Positions 35,006 to 45,191 of a DNA stretch of 64,000 nt are shown here, in pieces. Source of the DNA: an uncultured Acidobacteriota bacterium (lineage in GTDB: Bacteria > Acidobacteriota > Terriglobia > Acidiferrales > UBA7541); the NCBI GenBank assembly GCA_963740695.1, contig CAVUFU010000011.1, forward strand, positions 91,986 through 155,985, in the 5' to 3' direction. Within the stretch, counting starts at the first letter, position 1, and the number at the start of each line of letters is the position of its first letter. The position numbers were made by a program, and so were the translations under genes. Under the pieces are notes generated by a model. The model saw only the letters and a list, made by a program, of their open reading frames with translations. It was not told the DNA's origin and searched no databases.

Positions 35006-35434
35006 TTAATCGTCGAGCGGTTCGGCATCAATGCCGATGTTCTTTTCGCCCGCGGCTTTTTTCTCGTTGTACTTCTTCACCCAGGCCGCGAAGCTCTTGC
35101 CCGCCGCGGTATCGCGCCCGGTGAAGGCGAGGCCGGCGATTTCGCTGTAGGCGATGGAAAGTTTTCCCGGCTTGTCCTTCGGCATCACGCGGATAAAGCA
35201 ATCGCCGAGCGCCGGGCCTTTGATCTTGCGATCGAATATGTATCCTTCAATCTTCTGCCCATCTTTCAGCGTGATGGTCAAATCGCCGCGGTAGTCGAAA
35301 GCCTTTTCCAGCGCCTCGTGTATTTCGGAAACGGAAGCGAGCGCCGGAACCCAGCCTTCGAGATTTTCGTGGACGACGCCGAGGTGCTCCTCGACAGGGG
35401 ATTCATGCGAAACGGAAGTGTTGGAATCAAGCAT
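35006..35434 (-). CDS. Hypothetical protein (142 aa), co-directional with hpnH and 15 nt downstream of it.
   Basis: Clean ORF with protein-like composition. I recognise no family. Confidence 0.5.
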   Translation of the reverse strand: MLDSNTSVSHESPVEEHLGVVHENLEGWVPALASVSEIHEALEKAFDYRGDLTITLKDGQKIEGYIFDRKIKGPALGDCFIRVMPKDKPGKLSIAYSEIAGLAFTGRDTAAGKSFAAWVKKYNEKKAAGEKNIGIDAEPLDD

Positions 35435-35449
35435 GGTGGCTATGGAACT

Positions 35450-36553
35450 TCAGGCCTTCGGCGACATGGCGATCTGCACCAACTGGCCGGAGTCTTTTCC
35501 GGTATTCGGTGAAGCGCCGCCCATCGCGTCGGGATCTTTGTACTTGTTGAACAGCGTGCCGCGCACCGCACTGAGAAAGCCGCCGAGCGAGCCGAACATG
35601 TCGTCCACGGCGCTGGCTTCGTAGCCGCTGTGCACCATGCAGTTCGCGCATTTGGGATTGCCGCTCTCGGTGCCGTAGCGGTCCCAATCGGTTTCGCGGA
35701 TTAATTCTTCGAAAGTATCGGCGTAGCCGTCCTGCAAAAGATAGCAAGGCTTCTGCCAGCCAAAAATGTTGTATGTGGGCATGCCCCAGGGGGTGCACTT
35801 GTAATTCCGCTTGCCCATCAGGAATTCCATGAAGAGCGGGCTGAGATTGAAGCGCCATTTTTCGTGACGATTGCTCAGAATCTGGCGGAAAAGATCGCGC
35901 GTCTTGCGTTTGCTGAGAAAATGATCCTGATCGGGAGCTTTGTCGTAGGTGTAGCCGGGGGAGAGCATCATGCCCTCGACGCCCAGCTCCATCATATCGT
36001 CGAAGAAACGGCGGACGCTCTGCGGATCGGCGCCGTCGAAAAGAGTGGTGTTGGTAGTGACGCGGAAGCCGCGCGCTAACGCTAACTTGATGGCTTCGAC
36101 GGCTTTGTCGTAGGTGCCTTCACGGCATACCGCGAAGTCATGCTCTTCGCGCTCGCCATCCATGTGCACTGAAAACGATAAATATTTGCTGGGCTTGAAC
36201 TGATCGAGCTTCTCTTTCAGCAGCAGCGCGTTGGTGCAAAGGTAGATGTATTTCTTGCGCGCGACTAGGCCTTCAACGATCTCCGCAATCTGCGGATGCA
36301 TCAGCGGCTCGCCACCTGGGATGCTCACCATCGGCGCGCCACATTCATCCACGGCACGGAAACATTCTTCCGGGGTGAGCTGCTTCTTCAGAACGTGCGC
36401 GGGATACTGAATCTTGCCGCAGCCGGCGCAGGCCAGATTGCAGCGCAGCAACGGCTCCAGCATCAGGACGAAGGGATACTGTTTGCGTCCCTTCAGCCGC
36501 TGGCCGATGACGTAGGACGCCGTCGTCCACATTTGTGATACTGGTACGCCCAT
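35450..36553 (-). CDS. hpnH: Radical-SAM adenosyl-hopene transferase HpnH.
   Basis: [25 protein letters not shown] (CxxxCxxC) with a near full-length HpnH-like sequence. Confidence 0.88.
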   Translation of the reverse strand: MGVPVSQMWTTASYVIGQRLKGRKQYPFVLMLEPLLRCNLACAGCGKIQYPAHVLKKQLTPEECFRAVDECGAPMVSIPGGEPLMHPQIAEIVEGLVARKKYIYLCTNALLLKEKLDQFKPSKYLSFSVHMDGEREEHDFAVCREGTYDKAVEAIKLALARGFRVTTNTTLFDGADPQSVRRFFDDMMELGVEGMMLSPGYTYDKAPDQDHFLSKRKTRDLFRQILSNRHEKWRFNLSPLFMEFLMGKRNYKCTPWGMPTYNIFGWQKPCYLLQDGYADTFEELIRETDWDRYGTESGNPKCANCMVHSGYEASAVDDMFGSLGGFLSAVRGTLFNKYKDPDAMGGASPNTGKDSGQLVQIAMSPKA

Positions 36554-36819
36554 TCAGTCCTTCCCCTCGGTGGCCCGCCGTAGCACGATTCCAAGCGCCC
36601 TTATGCTTGGACTCTAATGGTACCGGATTCGATGCTTCCTGTGAACCTAAGACTCAACAGGGGTTATCTATACGCAAGGGGTGTTCGGGCGCGCTCAACC
36701 CGCTGATACGGAGGTCTTTTGCGCGGGTATCGCTCTACGCTCCGGGGCCCGCGAGAAGCTTTGACGCGCTCCTCGGCATCTATATTCGCACGGCAATCAG
36801 GAATTCGGGGAGGCGCCGC

Positions 36820-37263
36820 ATGCCAGTGATTCGCACCTGCAGTAAATGTGGACAACAGAATCGCGTCCCGGCGAAGTTTCTCGCCAGCACCGGACGCTGT
36901 GGGGCTTGCAAGTCGGCCTTGCCTCCGCTCGCGGAGCCGCTCGCGGTGGATGAACAATTATTCGACGAAATCGTGCAGAATTCACCGGTTCCCGTCCTGG
37001 TGGACTTCTGGGCCGCGTGGTGCCAGCCGTGCATCATGGCCGCGCCTGAAGTAGCGCGCACCGCCGCCAACATGGCCGGGAAAGCGATCGTGCTAAAAGT
37101 GGATACGGAAAAACATCCGAAACTCGCCGCACGATTTAAAGTGAATGGCATTCCCAACTTCGTGGTGCTCATGGGCGGCCGGGTGGTGCTGCAACAGCCC
37201 GGACTGGTGGACCACGAGCAGATGGAGCGCTGGCTGCGGTCGGCCGCGCCGGTTTCGGCGTGA
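36820..37263 (+). CDS. trxC: Thioredoxin-2-type protein (N-terminal zinc finger + Trx fold) with a CQPC active site.
   Basis: CSKCGQQN...CGACKS zinc finger, then VLVDFWAAWCQPC. I chose the ATG at 36820 (SD ggggagg). The 95-codon upstream extension in the ORF track looks non-coding. Confidence 0.8.
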   Translation: MPVIRTCSKCGQQNRVPAKFLASTGRCGACKSALPPLAEPLAVDEQLFDEIVQNSPVPVLVDFWAAWCQPCIMAAPEVARTAANMAGKAIVLKVDTEKHPKLAARFKVNGIPNFVVLMGGRVVLQQPGLVDHEQMERWLRSAAPVSA

Positions 37264-37319
37264 GCGAGGTGGCCTGGCACGAGCTGGGCTGATTCATTTT
37301 TAACTTCAAAGGTGGATTC

Positions 37320-38108
37320 ATGGATCTGCAACTAGCGGGCAAGAAAGTGTTGGTCACCGGCTCGACGGCGGGAATCGGCTTCGCGACGGCGCTGGAATTT
37401 GCGGCGGAAGGCGCGTCGGTGGTGATTAACGGCAGGACCCAGGAACGCGTGGACCGGGCGATCGCGGAAATATGGAAGTCGCATCCGGACGCGCAAGTGT
37501 CGGGAGTCGCGAGCGACGTTTCGAACGCGGCTGGCTGCGTGAAGCTCGTGCAGGCGGTGCCGCAAGTGGATGTGCTGGTCAACAACATGGGAATTTTCGA
37601 GCCGAAGCCATTCGAGCAGATTCCGGATGCGGATTGGCTGCGGCTTTTTGAGGCCAACGTGATGAGCGGAGTGCGGCTTTCACGCCATTATCTATCCGGC
37701 ATGCGCGAGAAAAACTGGGGCCGCATGATATTCGTCTCCAGCGAATCAGCCGTGCAGATTCCCGCTGAAATGATTCATTACGGCATGACCAAGACGGCGC
37801 AGGTGGCAGTCGCACGAGGAATTGCTGAGAGCGTCGCGGGAACGGGGATCGCCGTGAATAGCGTGCTCGCGGGCCCTACCCGTTCCGAGGGCGTCGAAAC
37901 CTTCATCGCGCAAATGGGAGCTGGCGGAGATTCGGCGGCGTTTGAGGCAGAATTCTTCAAGAACATTCGCCCCACTTCCCTCCTGAAAAGATTCGAGACG
38001 ACGGATGAAGTCGCGCACATGATCGTCTACCTATCTAGTCCCCTGGCTGCGGGAACCACCGGCGCGGCCGTGCGTGTAGATGGCGGGGTCGTGCGCGCGA
38101 TCCTGTAG
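37320..38108 (+). CDS. SDR-family oxidoreductase.
   Basis: TGSTAGIG cofactor motif, NNMG, and YGMTK (YxxxK). Confidence 0.88.
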   Translation: MDLQLAGKKVLVTGSTAGIGFATALEFAAEGASVVINGRTQERVDRAIAEIWKSHPDAQVSGVASDVSNAAGCVKLVQAVPQVDVLVNNMGIFEPKPFEQIPDADWLRLFEANVMSGVRLSRHYLSGMREKNWGRMIFVSSESAVQIPAEMIHYGMTKTAQVAVARGIAESVAGTGIAVNSVLAGPTRSEGVETFIAQMGAGGDSAAFEAEFFKNIRPTSLLKRFETTDEVAHMIVYLSSPLAAGTTGAAVRVDGGVVRAIL

Positions 38109-38199
38109 TCGTCAGTTTAGAATCGATCATCTGCGGAATCGTCCTCTGTGCGAGAACCCACAAAAAATGCCGCGGCCGCCCCAAGGTCGCAGCGTCAGC

Positions 38200-38227
38200 T
38201 TGACAAGTCATGACGGATGAATATGCT
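38200..38227 (+). promoter_or_regulatory. Sigma70-like promoter candidate for the PNGase-A-like gene.
   Basis: TTGACA (38200..38205), a 16-nt spacer, then TATGCT (38222..38227), about 55 nt upstream of the ATG. Confidence 0.3.
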
Positions 38228-38282
38228 TTAGCGAATCCCGCACAAGCCTCGGCGGGAACTGTGTCTTCAGGGGAGTGTCGTC

Positions 38283-40007
38283 ATGATTGAATACTTCGCA
38301 GTACGCCGCTGGGCCGTTATTTTAGCGGCCGTGATTAGCTTGACCATCGTTCCGTCCGTCGTCGCGCAGCAGAATTCGGCAGCCGATCAACCGGTGATCG
38401 GCTCATCGAATACGGTGACGGCTGATCCTCCGTTGTCCCATCCCAATACCAAGCCGTGCCTGGTAAACCTCTTCACGAATCAGGAGTTCGCGGACTTCAA
38501 CATCAAGGCCTTCGATTACACGCCACCGGCGAGGTGCGCCGGGCCGTGGGCGAAAGTGATTTTCGTCGCGGACTTCAATGAGACTCCGGGCGTGCAGTAC
38601 GACCGCACGGCGGAAGTCACCATCGGAAATGTGAACGTATATTTCGGAACGACGCCGGAGCCTTCCAGCACGCTTGGTCCGACGTGGCACGCGGAGCGCG
38701 ACTTGACCGACTACAGCGCGCTGCTGAAGACTGCGCAAGCAGGGCAAGCAATTCTGGGAAACCTGGTGAATTCAACTTACACCGGGATCATTTACGGCAA
38801 CGCGGAGATCGAGTTCTATCCGGCGGACTGGGCGAATCCCGCGCCCAGAACCCCGGACGTTGTGCTGCCGCTGCCAGGCGCGCCGGGTGGCGCAGTAGGG
38901 CTCTCTTCGACCACCAGTTTGCTCTCGCAGACGTTTACGTTGCCGCAGAATATCGAGGGCGCCTATTTGGATCTGTTCACGCAAGGCCAATCCACCGACG
39001 AATTCTGGTACACCTGCTCGCCGAATAATTTAGTGGCGGAAACGGAGAACACCTGCGGCAATACCGGATTCCGCGAGGCGGAAATCTCGATTGACGGCGC
39101 GCCCGCCGGCGTTGCTCCCGTCTATCCGTGGATTTTCACCGGTGGCCTTGATCCGTTTTTGTGGTTCCCGTTGCCGGGAGTGCAAACGTTGAATTTTGTG
39201 CCGTACCGCGTGGACTTGACGCCGTTCGCGGGCGTGCTAAGCAACGGGCAAGAGCACACGGTCGCGATCAGCGTGTTCAATGCGGAAAGCTATTTCAACG
39301 TGACCGGCACACTGTTGCTGTACCTCGATCACGGCTCGAGTCAAGTGACCGGCGCAGTCACCGAAAATACGATTGGCGCTGGGCCGAATCCGCAAGTCAG
39401 CAATGATTTGAATAGCAGCGGAGGAAACGTGACCGGGACGGTGACGGTAACGTCCGCGCGCCAGTTCACTGTGGCAGGCTATGTGAAAACGTCGCACGGG
39501 CGCGTGGACACCACTGTGCAGCAAGACATCAAGTTTTCGAACGCGCAGCAGTTCGACATCACTTCCACCGTTTACCGCCAGAGCATCACGCAAATGACGA
39601 CGGTGGCTTCGAAAACCACCACCAAGGAAGGATTCCTCGTCTCCGAGGTGGACAAGAATTTCTCTTACCCTTTGACCGTGGATTATACGGAAACGGTCAA
39701 TGCGGACGGCACCATCGCTATTCCCACTACGATTAAGCAACAGTATCTCGTCGATGAAACGGACAGGCTCAACGGCTTCCCGATTTACGTGAGCTCGGTT
39801 TCGAATGCCGTTGCGCCCACCGATACGCTGGAATTCGACGCGTCGTTTAATTTTCTGGGAAATTCGGGGCAGGCAAGCTCGCAGGATTACATCTCGTTTG
39901 ATTCGCGCGGCGGGTGCTACAGCAAGAAGCTGATTGCGGAGAACAACGTGCTCACTGGGGTTTCTCGTGGCGACGGATGTGGTCGCGGAGACGCAGACCG
40001 CCGCTAA
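38283..40007 (+). CDS. Secreted protein resembling peptide-N4-(N-acetyl-beta-glucosaminyl)asparagine amidase A (PNGase A family).
   Basis: Signal peptide. YDRTAEVTIGNVNVYFGTTPEP and FREAEISIDGAPAGVAPVYPWIFTGG resemble the conserved PNGase A blocks as I recall them. This is not verified by search. Confidence 0.5.
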   Translation: MIEYFAVRRWAVILAAVISLTIVPSVVAQQNSAADQPVIGSSNTVTADPPLSHPNTKPCLVNLFTNQEFADFNIKAFDYTPPARCAGPWAKVIFVADFNETPGVQYDRTAEVTIGNVNVYFGTTPEPSSTLGPTWHAERDLTDYSALLKTAQAGQAILGNLVNSTYTGIIYGNAEIEFYPADWANPAPRTPDVVLPLPGAPGGAVGLSSTTSLLSQTFTLPQNIEGAYLDLFTQGQSTDEFWYTCSPNNLVAETENTCGNTGFREAEISIDGAPAGVAPVYPWIFTGGLDPFLWFPLPGVQTLNFVPYRVDLTPFAGVLSNGQEHTVAISVFNAESYFNVTGTLLLYLDHGSSQVTGAVTENTIGAGPNPQVSNDLNSSGGNVTGTVTVTSARQFTVAGYVKTSHGRVDTTVQQDIKFSNAQQFDITSTVYRQSITQMTTVASKTTTKEGFLVSEVDKNFSYPLTVDYTETVNADGTIAIPTTIKQQYLVDETDRLNGFPIYVSSVSNAVAPTDTLEFDASFNFLGNSGQASSQDYISFDSRGGCYSKKLIAENNVLTGVSRGDGCGRGDADRR

Positions 40008-40185
40008 CAAACTTCAGCTGGGCCGCGATCCGCGGCTCAGTCGCTTTGTTTGCCGCACACGCGATCGCGTGCTCCTTTAGCAACAATCGCTCACGCGAGC
40101 GCACGGAGGTGTGCGCGCGAAAAGCCGCCGCCGCGAATCTTTTGCGGGTAGCCGCGCATCTTACTTTCGTGTAGATTTTCTTACC

Positions 40186-41085
40186 GTGACGACACCAGCA
40201 AAATTCAACGTCGGCCTGATACAGATGGCCGTCAGTCCGCAGCCGAAGGAAAACCTCGCGCGGGCCAGCGCGAAGATCGAAGAAGCGGGTCGCGGCGGCG
40301 CGCAGGTCGTCTGCCTCCCGGAATTATTTCAATCGCAATATTTCTGCCAGCGGGAAGACACCGCGAATTTTGATCTCGCGGAAGCGATTCCTGGTCCCAC
40401 AACCGAAGCCCTGGGGCGCATCGCACAGAAAGCAAAAGTGGTACTGATCGCGCCTCTCTTCGAACGCCGCGCAGCCGGCGTCTATCACAATACGGCGGCG
40501 ATCATTGACGCCGACGGCAAGATTGCGGGCGTCTATCGCAAGATGCATATCCCGGACGATCCCGCGTACTACGAAAAATTTTATTTTACGCCGGGGGATT
40601 TGGGCTTTCGTGCTTTTGACACGCAGGCGGGAAAAATCAGCACTCTGATTTGCTGGGACCAGTGGTATCCGGAAGGCGCACGCCTTGCCGCGTTGAACGG
40701 CGCCTGCATTCTGTTTTATCCCACGGCGATTGGCTGGCATCCCAGCGAGAAAGAATCGAATGGCGCGGCGCAGCGCGATTCGTGGCGCACTGTGCAGCGC
40801 GGTCATGCCATCGCGAATGGACTTTACGTCGCGGCGGTAAATCGCGTGGGCCACGAAACTCCCGCCGGCGGCGGCGACGGCCTGGAATTCTGGGGCGGCT
40901 CTTTCCTGTGTGATCCGCAGGGAGTGATTCTCGCGGAGGCGTCCACCGATCGCGAGGAAATCCTTTACGGTACGGTGGATCTGGCGCATCTGGAAGATGT
41001 TCGGCGCAATTGGCCGTTTCTGCGCGATCGGCGGATTGATGCCTACAAAGGCATCGAACAGCGTTTCCTCGACGAGAAACCTTGA
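40186..41085 (+). CDS. aguB: N-carbamoylputrescine amidase (carbon-nitrogen hydrolase).
   Basis: CLPELF (Glu), YRKMHIP (Lys) and ICWDQWYPE (Cys) form the catalytic triad contexts. I chose the GTG at 40186; the ORF-track start at 40111 is an alternative. Confidence 0.85.
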   Translation: MTTPAKFNVGLIQMAVSPQPKENLARASAKIEEAGRGGAQVVCLPELFQSQYFCQREDTANFDLAEAIPGPTTEALGRIAQKAKVVLIAPLFERRAAGVYHNTAAIIDADGKIAGVYRKMHIPDDPAYYEKFYFTPGDLGFRAFDTQAGKISTLICWDQWYPEGARLAALNGACILFYPTAIGWHPSEKESNGAAQRDSWRTVQRGHAIANGLYVAAVNRVGHETPAGGGDGLEFWGGSFLCDPQGVILAEASTDREEILYGTVDLAHLEDVRRNWPFLRDRRIDAYKGIEQRFLDEKP

Positions 41086-42179
41086 GGCTGAATCCCAGAA
41101 TAGATCTTGTGAATGTGGAGCCGACTCCCGCGGGGTTGGGCTTTGCCATGCCCGCCGAGTGGGAGAAACACAAAGCTACCTGGTTGAGCTGGCCGCACAA
41201 TCCCACCGATTGGCCCGGAAAGCTTGAACCCATCCAATGGGTCTACGGCGAAATCGTGCGCCAAATTGCGCCTGGAGAAATCGTGCGCATCCTGGTGAAT
41301 TCGCGTGCGCACGAAACGCACGTTCGCAAGATTCTGAAACAAGTAGGTGTACGCGCGAGCCGCGTGCAATTTTTTCGCTTTGCGACCAATCGCGGGTGGA
41401 CGCGCGATTTCGGGCCGATTTTCGTGCGGCGCGCGAAACCTCGGCGCCAAGTGGCCATCGCGCGCTTCCGGTTCAATGCGTGGGCGCGTTATCCCGATTG
41501 GCAGAAAGACGATGCTATTGCGCCGCAGGTCGCGCGTCGGCTGAAGTGTGAGATTTTTCCCGCGCGTTATTTAGGCCACGAAGTCGTCCTGGAGGGCGGC
41601 AGCATTGACGTAAACGGGCGCGGAACGCTGCTGACCACGGAAGAATGCCTGCTCGACCAGAAACGCCAGGTGCGCAATCCGCATTTCAGCCGCTCCAACA
41701 CGGAAACGGCGCTGCGCGAAAACCTGGGCGTGAAAAATATAATCTGGCTCGGCAAAGGCATCGCCGGCGACGATACGCACGGACACGTGGACGATCTTTG
41801 CCGGTTCGTGGATCGCCGAACCGTGGTGCTGGTGCGCGAGAAAAACCGCTGCGACGCGAATTACAAGCCGCTCGAAGAAAACTGGGAGCGCCTGCGCGGA
41901 GCGCGTTTGGAAGATGGCGCTAAACTCAATGTCGTCGCCCTCCCGATGCCTGCCCCGCTTTATTTTGACGGCGTGCGGCTGCCCGCGAGCTATGCGAATT
42001 TTTACATCTGCAATTCGGCGGTGCTGGTGCCGACGTTTAACGATCCGCAGGATCGCGTGGCGCTGGGGATTCTGGGCGAACTTTTCGCTGGGCGCCCGGT
42101 GATCGGAATCCACGCCGTGGATTTAGTGTGGGGCTTTGGGACTCTGCACTGTTTGACACAACAGCAGCCCGCGCGTTGA
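41082..42179 (+). CDS. aguA: Agmatine deiminase.
   Basis: MPAEWEKHKATWLSWPH, EGGSIDVNGRGTLLTTEECLL, HVDD and the C-terminal GTLHCLTQQQP (catalytic Cys). Start is uncertain: the TTG at 41082 overlaps the aguB stop, and the GTG at 41109 is an alternative. Confidence 0.88.
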   Translation: MRLNPRIDLVNVEPTPAGLGFAMPAEWEKHKATWLSWPHNPTDWPGKLEPIQWVYGEIVRQIAPGEIVRILVNSRAHETHVRKILKQVGVRASRVQFFRFATNRGWTRDFGPIFVRRAKPRRQVAIARFRFNAWARYPDWQKDDAIAPQVARRLKCEIFPARYLGHEVVLEGGSIDVNGRGTLLTTEECLLDQKRQVRNPHFSRSNTETALRENLGVKNIIWLGKGIAGDDTHGHVDDLCRFVDRRTVVLVREKNRCDANYKPLEENWERLRGARLEDGAKLNVVALPMPAPLYFDGVRLPASYANFYICNSAVLVPTFNDPQDRVALGILGELFAGRPVIGIHAVDLVWGFGTLHCLTQQQPAR

Positions 42180-42363
42180 AGTCGCGCTCGTTTCCGCGAG
42201 CGGGGTGACCGGGGCGCCGAATTAAGAATTGTTAATCACGTGGCAGCTTTTTCGAATGGTTGCCGCAAACATCGCGCTATCGCCTCCTTACAGCTTCGCA
42301 ACGCATCGCAATTCACCGCCAGCCGATACGAAATAGCGGCCTTTCCCCAGTGCGCGTAGCTCC

Positions 42364-42380
42364 CGGCACCGAGATTGCAT
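42364..42380 (+). promoter_or_regulatory. Sigma54 promoter candidate upstream of the GT4-GT2 gene.
   Basis: CGGCACCGAGATTGCAT with GG-N10-GC spacing, GGCAC and TTGCAT elements, about 130 nt upstream of the GTG start at 42510. Confidence 0.45.
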
Positions 42381-42509
42381 GTCGCAAATAGAACGAGCGT
42401 TGCCGTTGGGGCAGCCTCGTCTCAATCGGCGCCGTCAATCGGACTCGGCAATTCTTGCCGATCTTGCGCCAAACCGCCGGTCGGTCGGAATTGAGACTTT
42501 CAGCAGCAG

Positions 42510-45152
42510 GTGCGCGTGAACGTCACTGAACCAATAAACGTCAAAAAAGACCCGGACGCACCGCTGCGCATTCTGGTGGTGCATGAAATGCTGCCGCACC
42601 CCGATCGTCACGGCGCGGACGTGCAATGGATGCAAATGCTGCGCGAATTGCGCGCGCAAGGCCATGAAGTGGTTCACGTGGCTCGCAGCGGGATCAACCG
42701 AGAGCGATACACCGCTGGAGTGGAAGCGCTCGGCATCAAGGTTTTTGCTCCCGATGCCGAACGCATGCGGTTTCTGGGCTTCGATTTTCCCGTGGAATGG
42801 ACTTTCGACCAACTGATGCAGGAGAACAAATTCGATCTGGCCATTCTCTTTCATTGGTTCTGGAACGGCATTTCCATTCCCGAACACTACATGGAGGAGA
42901 TCCGGCGAATATCGCCACGCACATTCATCGCGGTGCTGACCGACGACCAGCAGGGCGTGCGCGAAATGCAGATGGCTTCGCTAACAGGCTACTGGGCGGA
43001 TTATGAGCGGTCCTACGATTTTACAAGCCGGGAGTTCGCCGTTTACCGTCGCGCGGACTTGGTTCTGACCATTTCAGAAGATGACAGCCGTGCATTCTCG
43101 CGAGTAGTTCCCGAACTGCGCACCGGCCGGATGCCTATGATCGCGGCGGCGGGATCTCAGGGCGACCCGCTCGAGTCACGCAGCGGCATGCTTTTTCTCG
43201 CGAACTTCGACAACCCGGCGAATCGCGACGCCGTGGACTGGATGCTCGCCGATATCTGGCCACGCATCCGCGCACAACTTCCTTCCGCGGAGCTTGCATT
43301 GGTAGGCAACAATCTTCCTGGTGGTTTGGGCGTCGGCCAAAAGGGAGTGCTGCGCGTCGGCTTCGTTGCCGATCTTGATCCGGTCTTTGCGCGCTCGCGC
43401 GTGGCTCTTTCCCCCGTCCGCTTCGGCACAGGGATCAAGACCAAAAATCTATCCGCGCTTTCGCACGGAGTGCCCCTGGTAACCACCACGGTCGGCGCCG
43501 ACGGAATGAATCTCCGTGACAATGACACCGCGCTGATCGTTGATACGCCGCAAGGGTTCGCGGACGCCGCCGTACGCGCCTACATCGACCACAATCTTTG
43601 GCGTCGCCTCGCGCAGCTGGGGCGCGCCCACATAACGGAATATTTCAGCGAAGCTCGGATGCAAGACTCCGTTCGGTCAATGGTTCGGCAAGCGCGCACC
43701 GTGGCGCCGAAAGCATACGAGCCGGAATTCGTGTGGCCGTACATGCTCGTCGAAAAGCGATTCCCTGAGGTTGTAACGAGTGCAGCTGCTTCTCAGCGGC
43801 TCTTTCTGCGCATGAGCCGCTACGTCACTCTCGCTGAGGAATTCCTCGTGGCTCAGCGGCCGGCTGGAGCCCTCGAACAATTGCGTTACATCTTCAGCCA
43901 CGTCCGCGGCCGCGTGTCGGCGACCGGCGTGTACTTGCGCGCCGTCGAATTGATGGCGCGCTGTTATCGCGAATTGGGTGACGTGGAGAAGGCCGCACAG
44001 TACTCCCGGCGAGTCGACAAGCTTATATCGAATGGCAACGGTGCCGTCCGCACGGCCGCAAAAACGAAAAACGGACGAGAAGCACACTCGCGGCCGAACA
44101 CGCCGATGTTTTCCGTGATCATCCCAACCTATAACCGCAAGGGCGTGCTGACGCAGTGTCTCGAGGCCCTCGCGCGGCAGTCGGTCGCACCGGAAACGTT
44201 CGAGGTGATCGTGGTGGACGACGGCTCGACCGACGACACTGAGCAATTCTGCCGCGATTTTCAGGCTGCGTTCCCGTTTCAATATTTGCGCCAGCTCAAT
44301 GCAGGTGCCGGCGCAGCGCGCCGCCGCGGCGTGCAGCACGCCCGCGGCGAGTACCTGGTGCTAATTAATGACGACACAATTTCCGCGCCTGACCTGCTGG
44401 CCGAACACCGAAAGGCTCATCAAGGCTGCGCCAACGACCGGCAAGCCGTCCTCGGAGATTTTTGCTTTCCGCCGGCAGCGCAGGATCGCGCGCTGACGCG
44501 ATTCTTAATCGCCAGCCCGTTCTTTTTTCCCCAAGCAACTCTGCGGCCCGGCACGTATTGGGAATACACGTACGTGGTCACTTGCAACTTGAGCATCAAG
44601 CGCGAGGCGGTGCTGGCTGTCGGGTCGTTCGACCCGCATTTTCGCGTCGCGGAAGACTCCGATCTCGGATTGCGCTTGAGCCGCAGAGGATTTTGCGTAC
44701 GCTACATGCCCGAGGCGCAGGCCATCCATCAGCACCTTCCGTTTACGGTTCCTGATCTCATCCGGCGCGCCGGTGTTTACGGCGAGACGCAATTGCCTTT
44801 CTTGCGCAAACATCCGGCGCTGCTCGGCGACGGCGCAACATTCTTCGGGATGCTGGACGAGCCGGCTGCGGACAAATGGCGCGCCCTGATTGTCCAGCGC
44901 AAACAAGAGATCGAAGATTTGACAGCCACGCTGACTCGCATCGACTCCGTGGATTTCGCGCCCTTCTTCACGATGAAAAAGGGTGACGGCACGGTGGCGG
45001 ATGAAATCACCAGGCTGTTCCGGCGCGCCGGACCCGATGTCTACTGGTATTACTATTTTTCAGGAATGTTGCGCGCCTGGGATAAAGAAGCGGTCCATCC
45101 GTCGATCGCAGCGATACGCGCGGCGCACCCAAGCGACGAAGCTTATATTTGA
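42510..45152 (+). CDS. Bifunctional glycosyltransferase: N-terminal GT4 (GT-B) domain + helical linker + GT2 (GT-A) domain.
   Basis: N-terminus LRILVVHEMLPHPDRHGADV... and VRFGTGIKTKNLSALSHGVPLVTT (GT-B C-lobe). C-terminal half FSVIIPTYNR...VIVVDDGSTDDT...INDDT (GT2 DxD). Confidence 0.8.
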   Translation: MRVNVTEPINVKKDPDAPLRILVVHEMLPHPDRHGADVQWMQMLRELRAQGHEVVHVARSGINRERYTAGVEALGIKVFAPDAERMRFLGFDFPVEWTFDQLMQENKFDLAILFHWFWNGISIPEHYMEEIRRISPRTFIAVLTDDQQGVREMQMASLTGYWADYERSYDFTSREFAVYRRADLVLTISEDDSRAFSRVVPELRTGRMPMIAAAGSQGDPLESRSGMLFLANFDNPANRDAVDWMLADIWPRIRAQLPSAELALVGNNLPGGLGVGQKGVLRVGFVADLDPVFARSRVALSPVRFGTGIKTKNLSALSHGVPLVTTTVGADGMNLRDNDTALIVDTPQGFADAAVRAYIDHNLWRRLAQLGRAHITEYFSEARMQDSVRSMVRQARTVAPKAYEPEFVWPYMLVEKRFPEVVTSAAASQRLFLRMSRYVTLAEEFLVAQRPAGALEQLRYIFSHVRGRVSATGVYLRAVELMARCYRELGDVEKAAQYSRRVDKLISNGNGAVRTAAKTKNGREAHSRPNTPMFSVIIPTYNRKGVLTQCLEALARQSVAPETFEVIVVDDGSTDDTEQFCRDFQAAFPFQYLRQLNAGAGAARRRGVQHARGEYLVLINDDTISAPDLLAEHRKAHQGCANDRQAVLGDFCFPPAAQDRALTRFLIASPFFFPQATLRPGTYWEYTYVVTCNLSIKREAVLAVGSFDPHFRVAEDSDLGLRLSRRGFCVRYMPEAQAIHQHLPFTVPDLIRRAGVYGETQLPFLRKHPALLGDGATFFGMLDEPAADKWRALIVQRKQEIEDLTATLTRIDSVDFAPFFTMKKGDGTVADEITRLFRRAGPDVYWYYYFSGMLRAWDKEAVHPSIAAIRAAHPSDEAYI

Positions 45153-45191
45153 CGGCTGGCGATTTGCAGCCAACCGCGCGCCGCGCGCACG

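Noticed and set aside
36535-36819. A 95-codon N-terminal extension of the thioredoxin ORF.
   Set aside because: It overlaps the hpnH start region, has an odd composition and lacks an SD. The ATG at 36820 is preceded by ggggagg and begins exactly at the Trx2 zinc finger.
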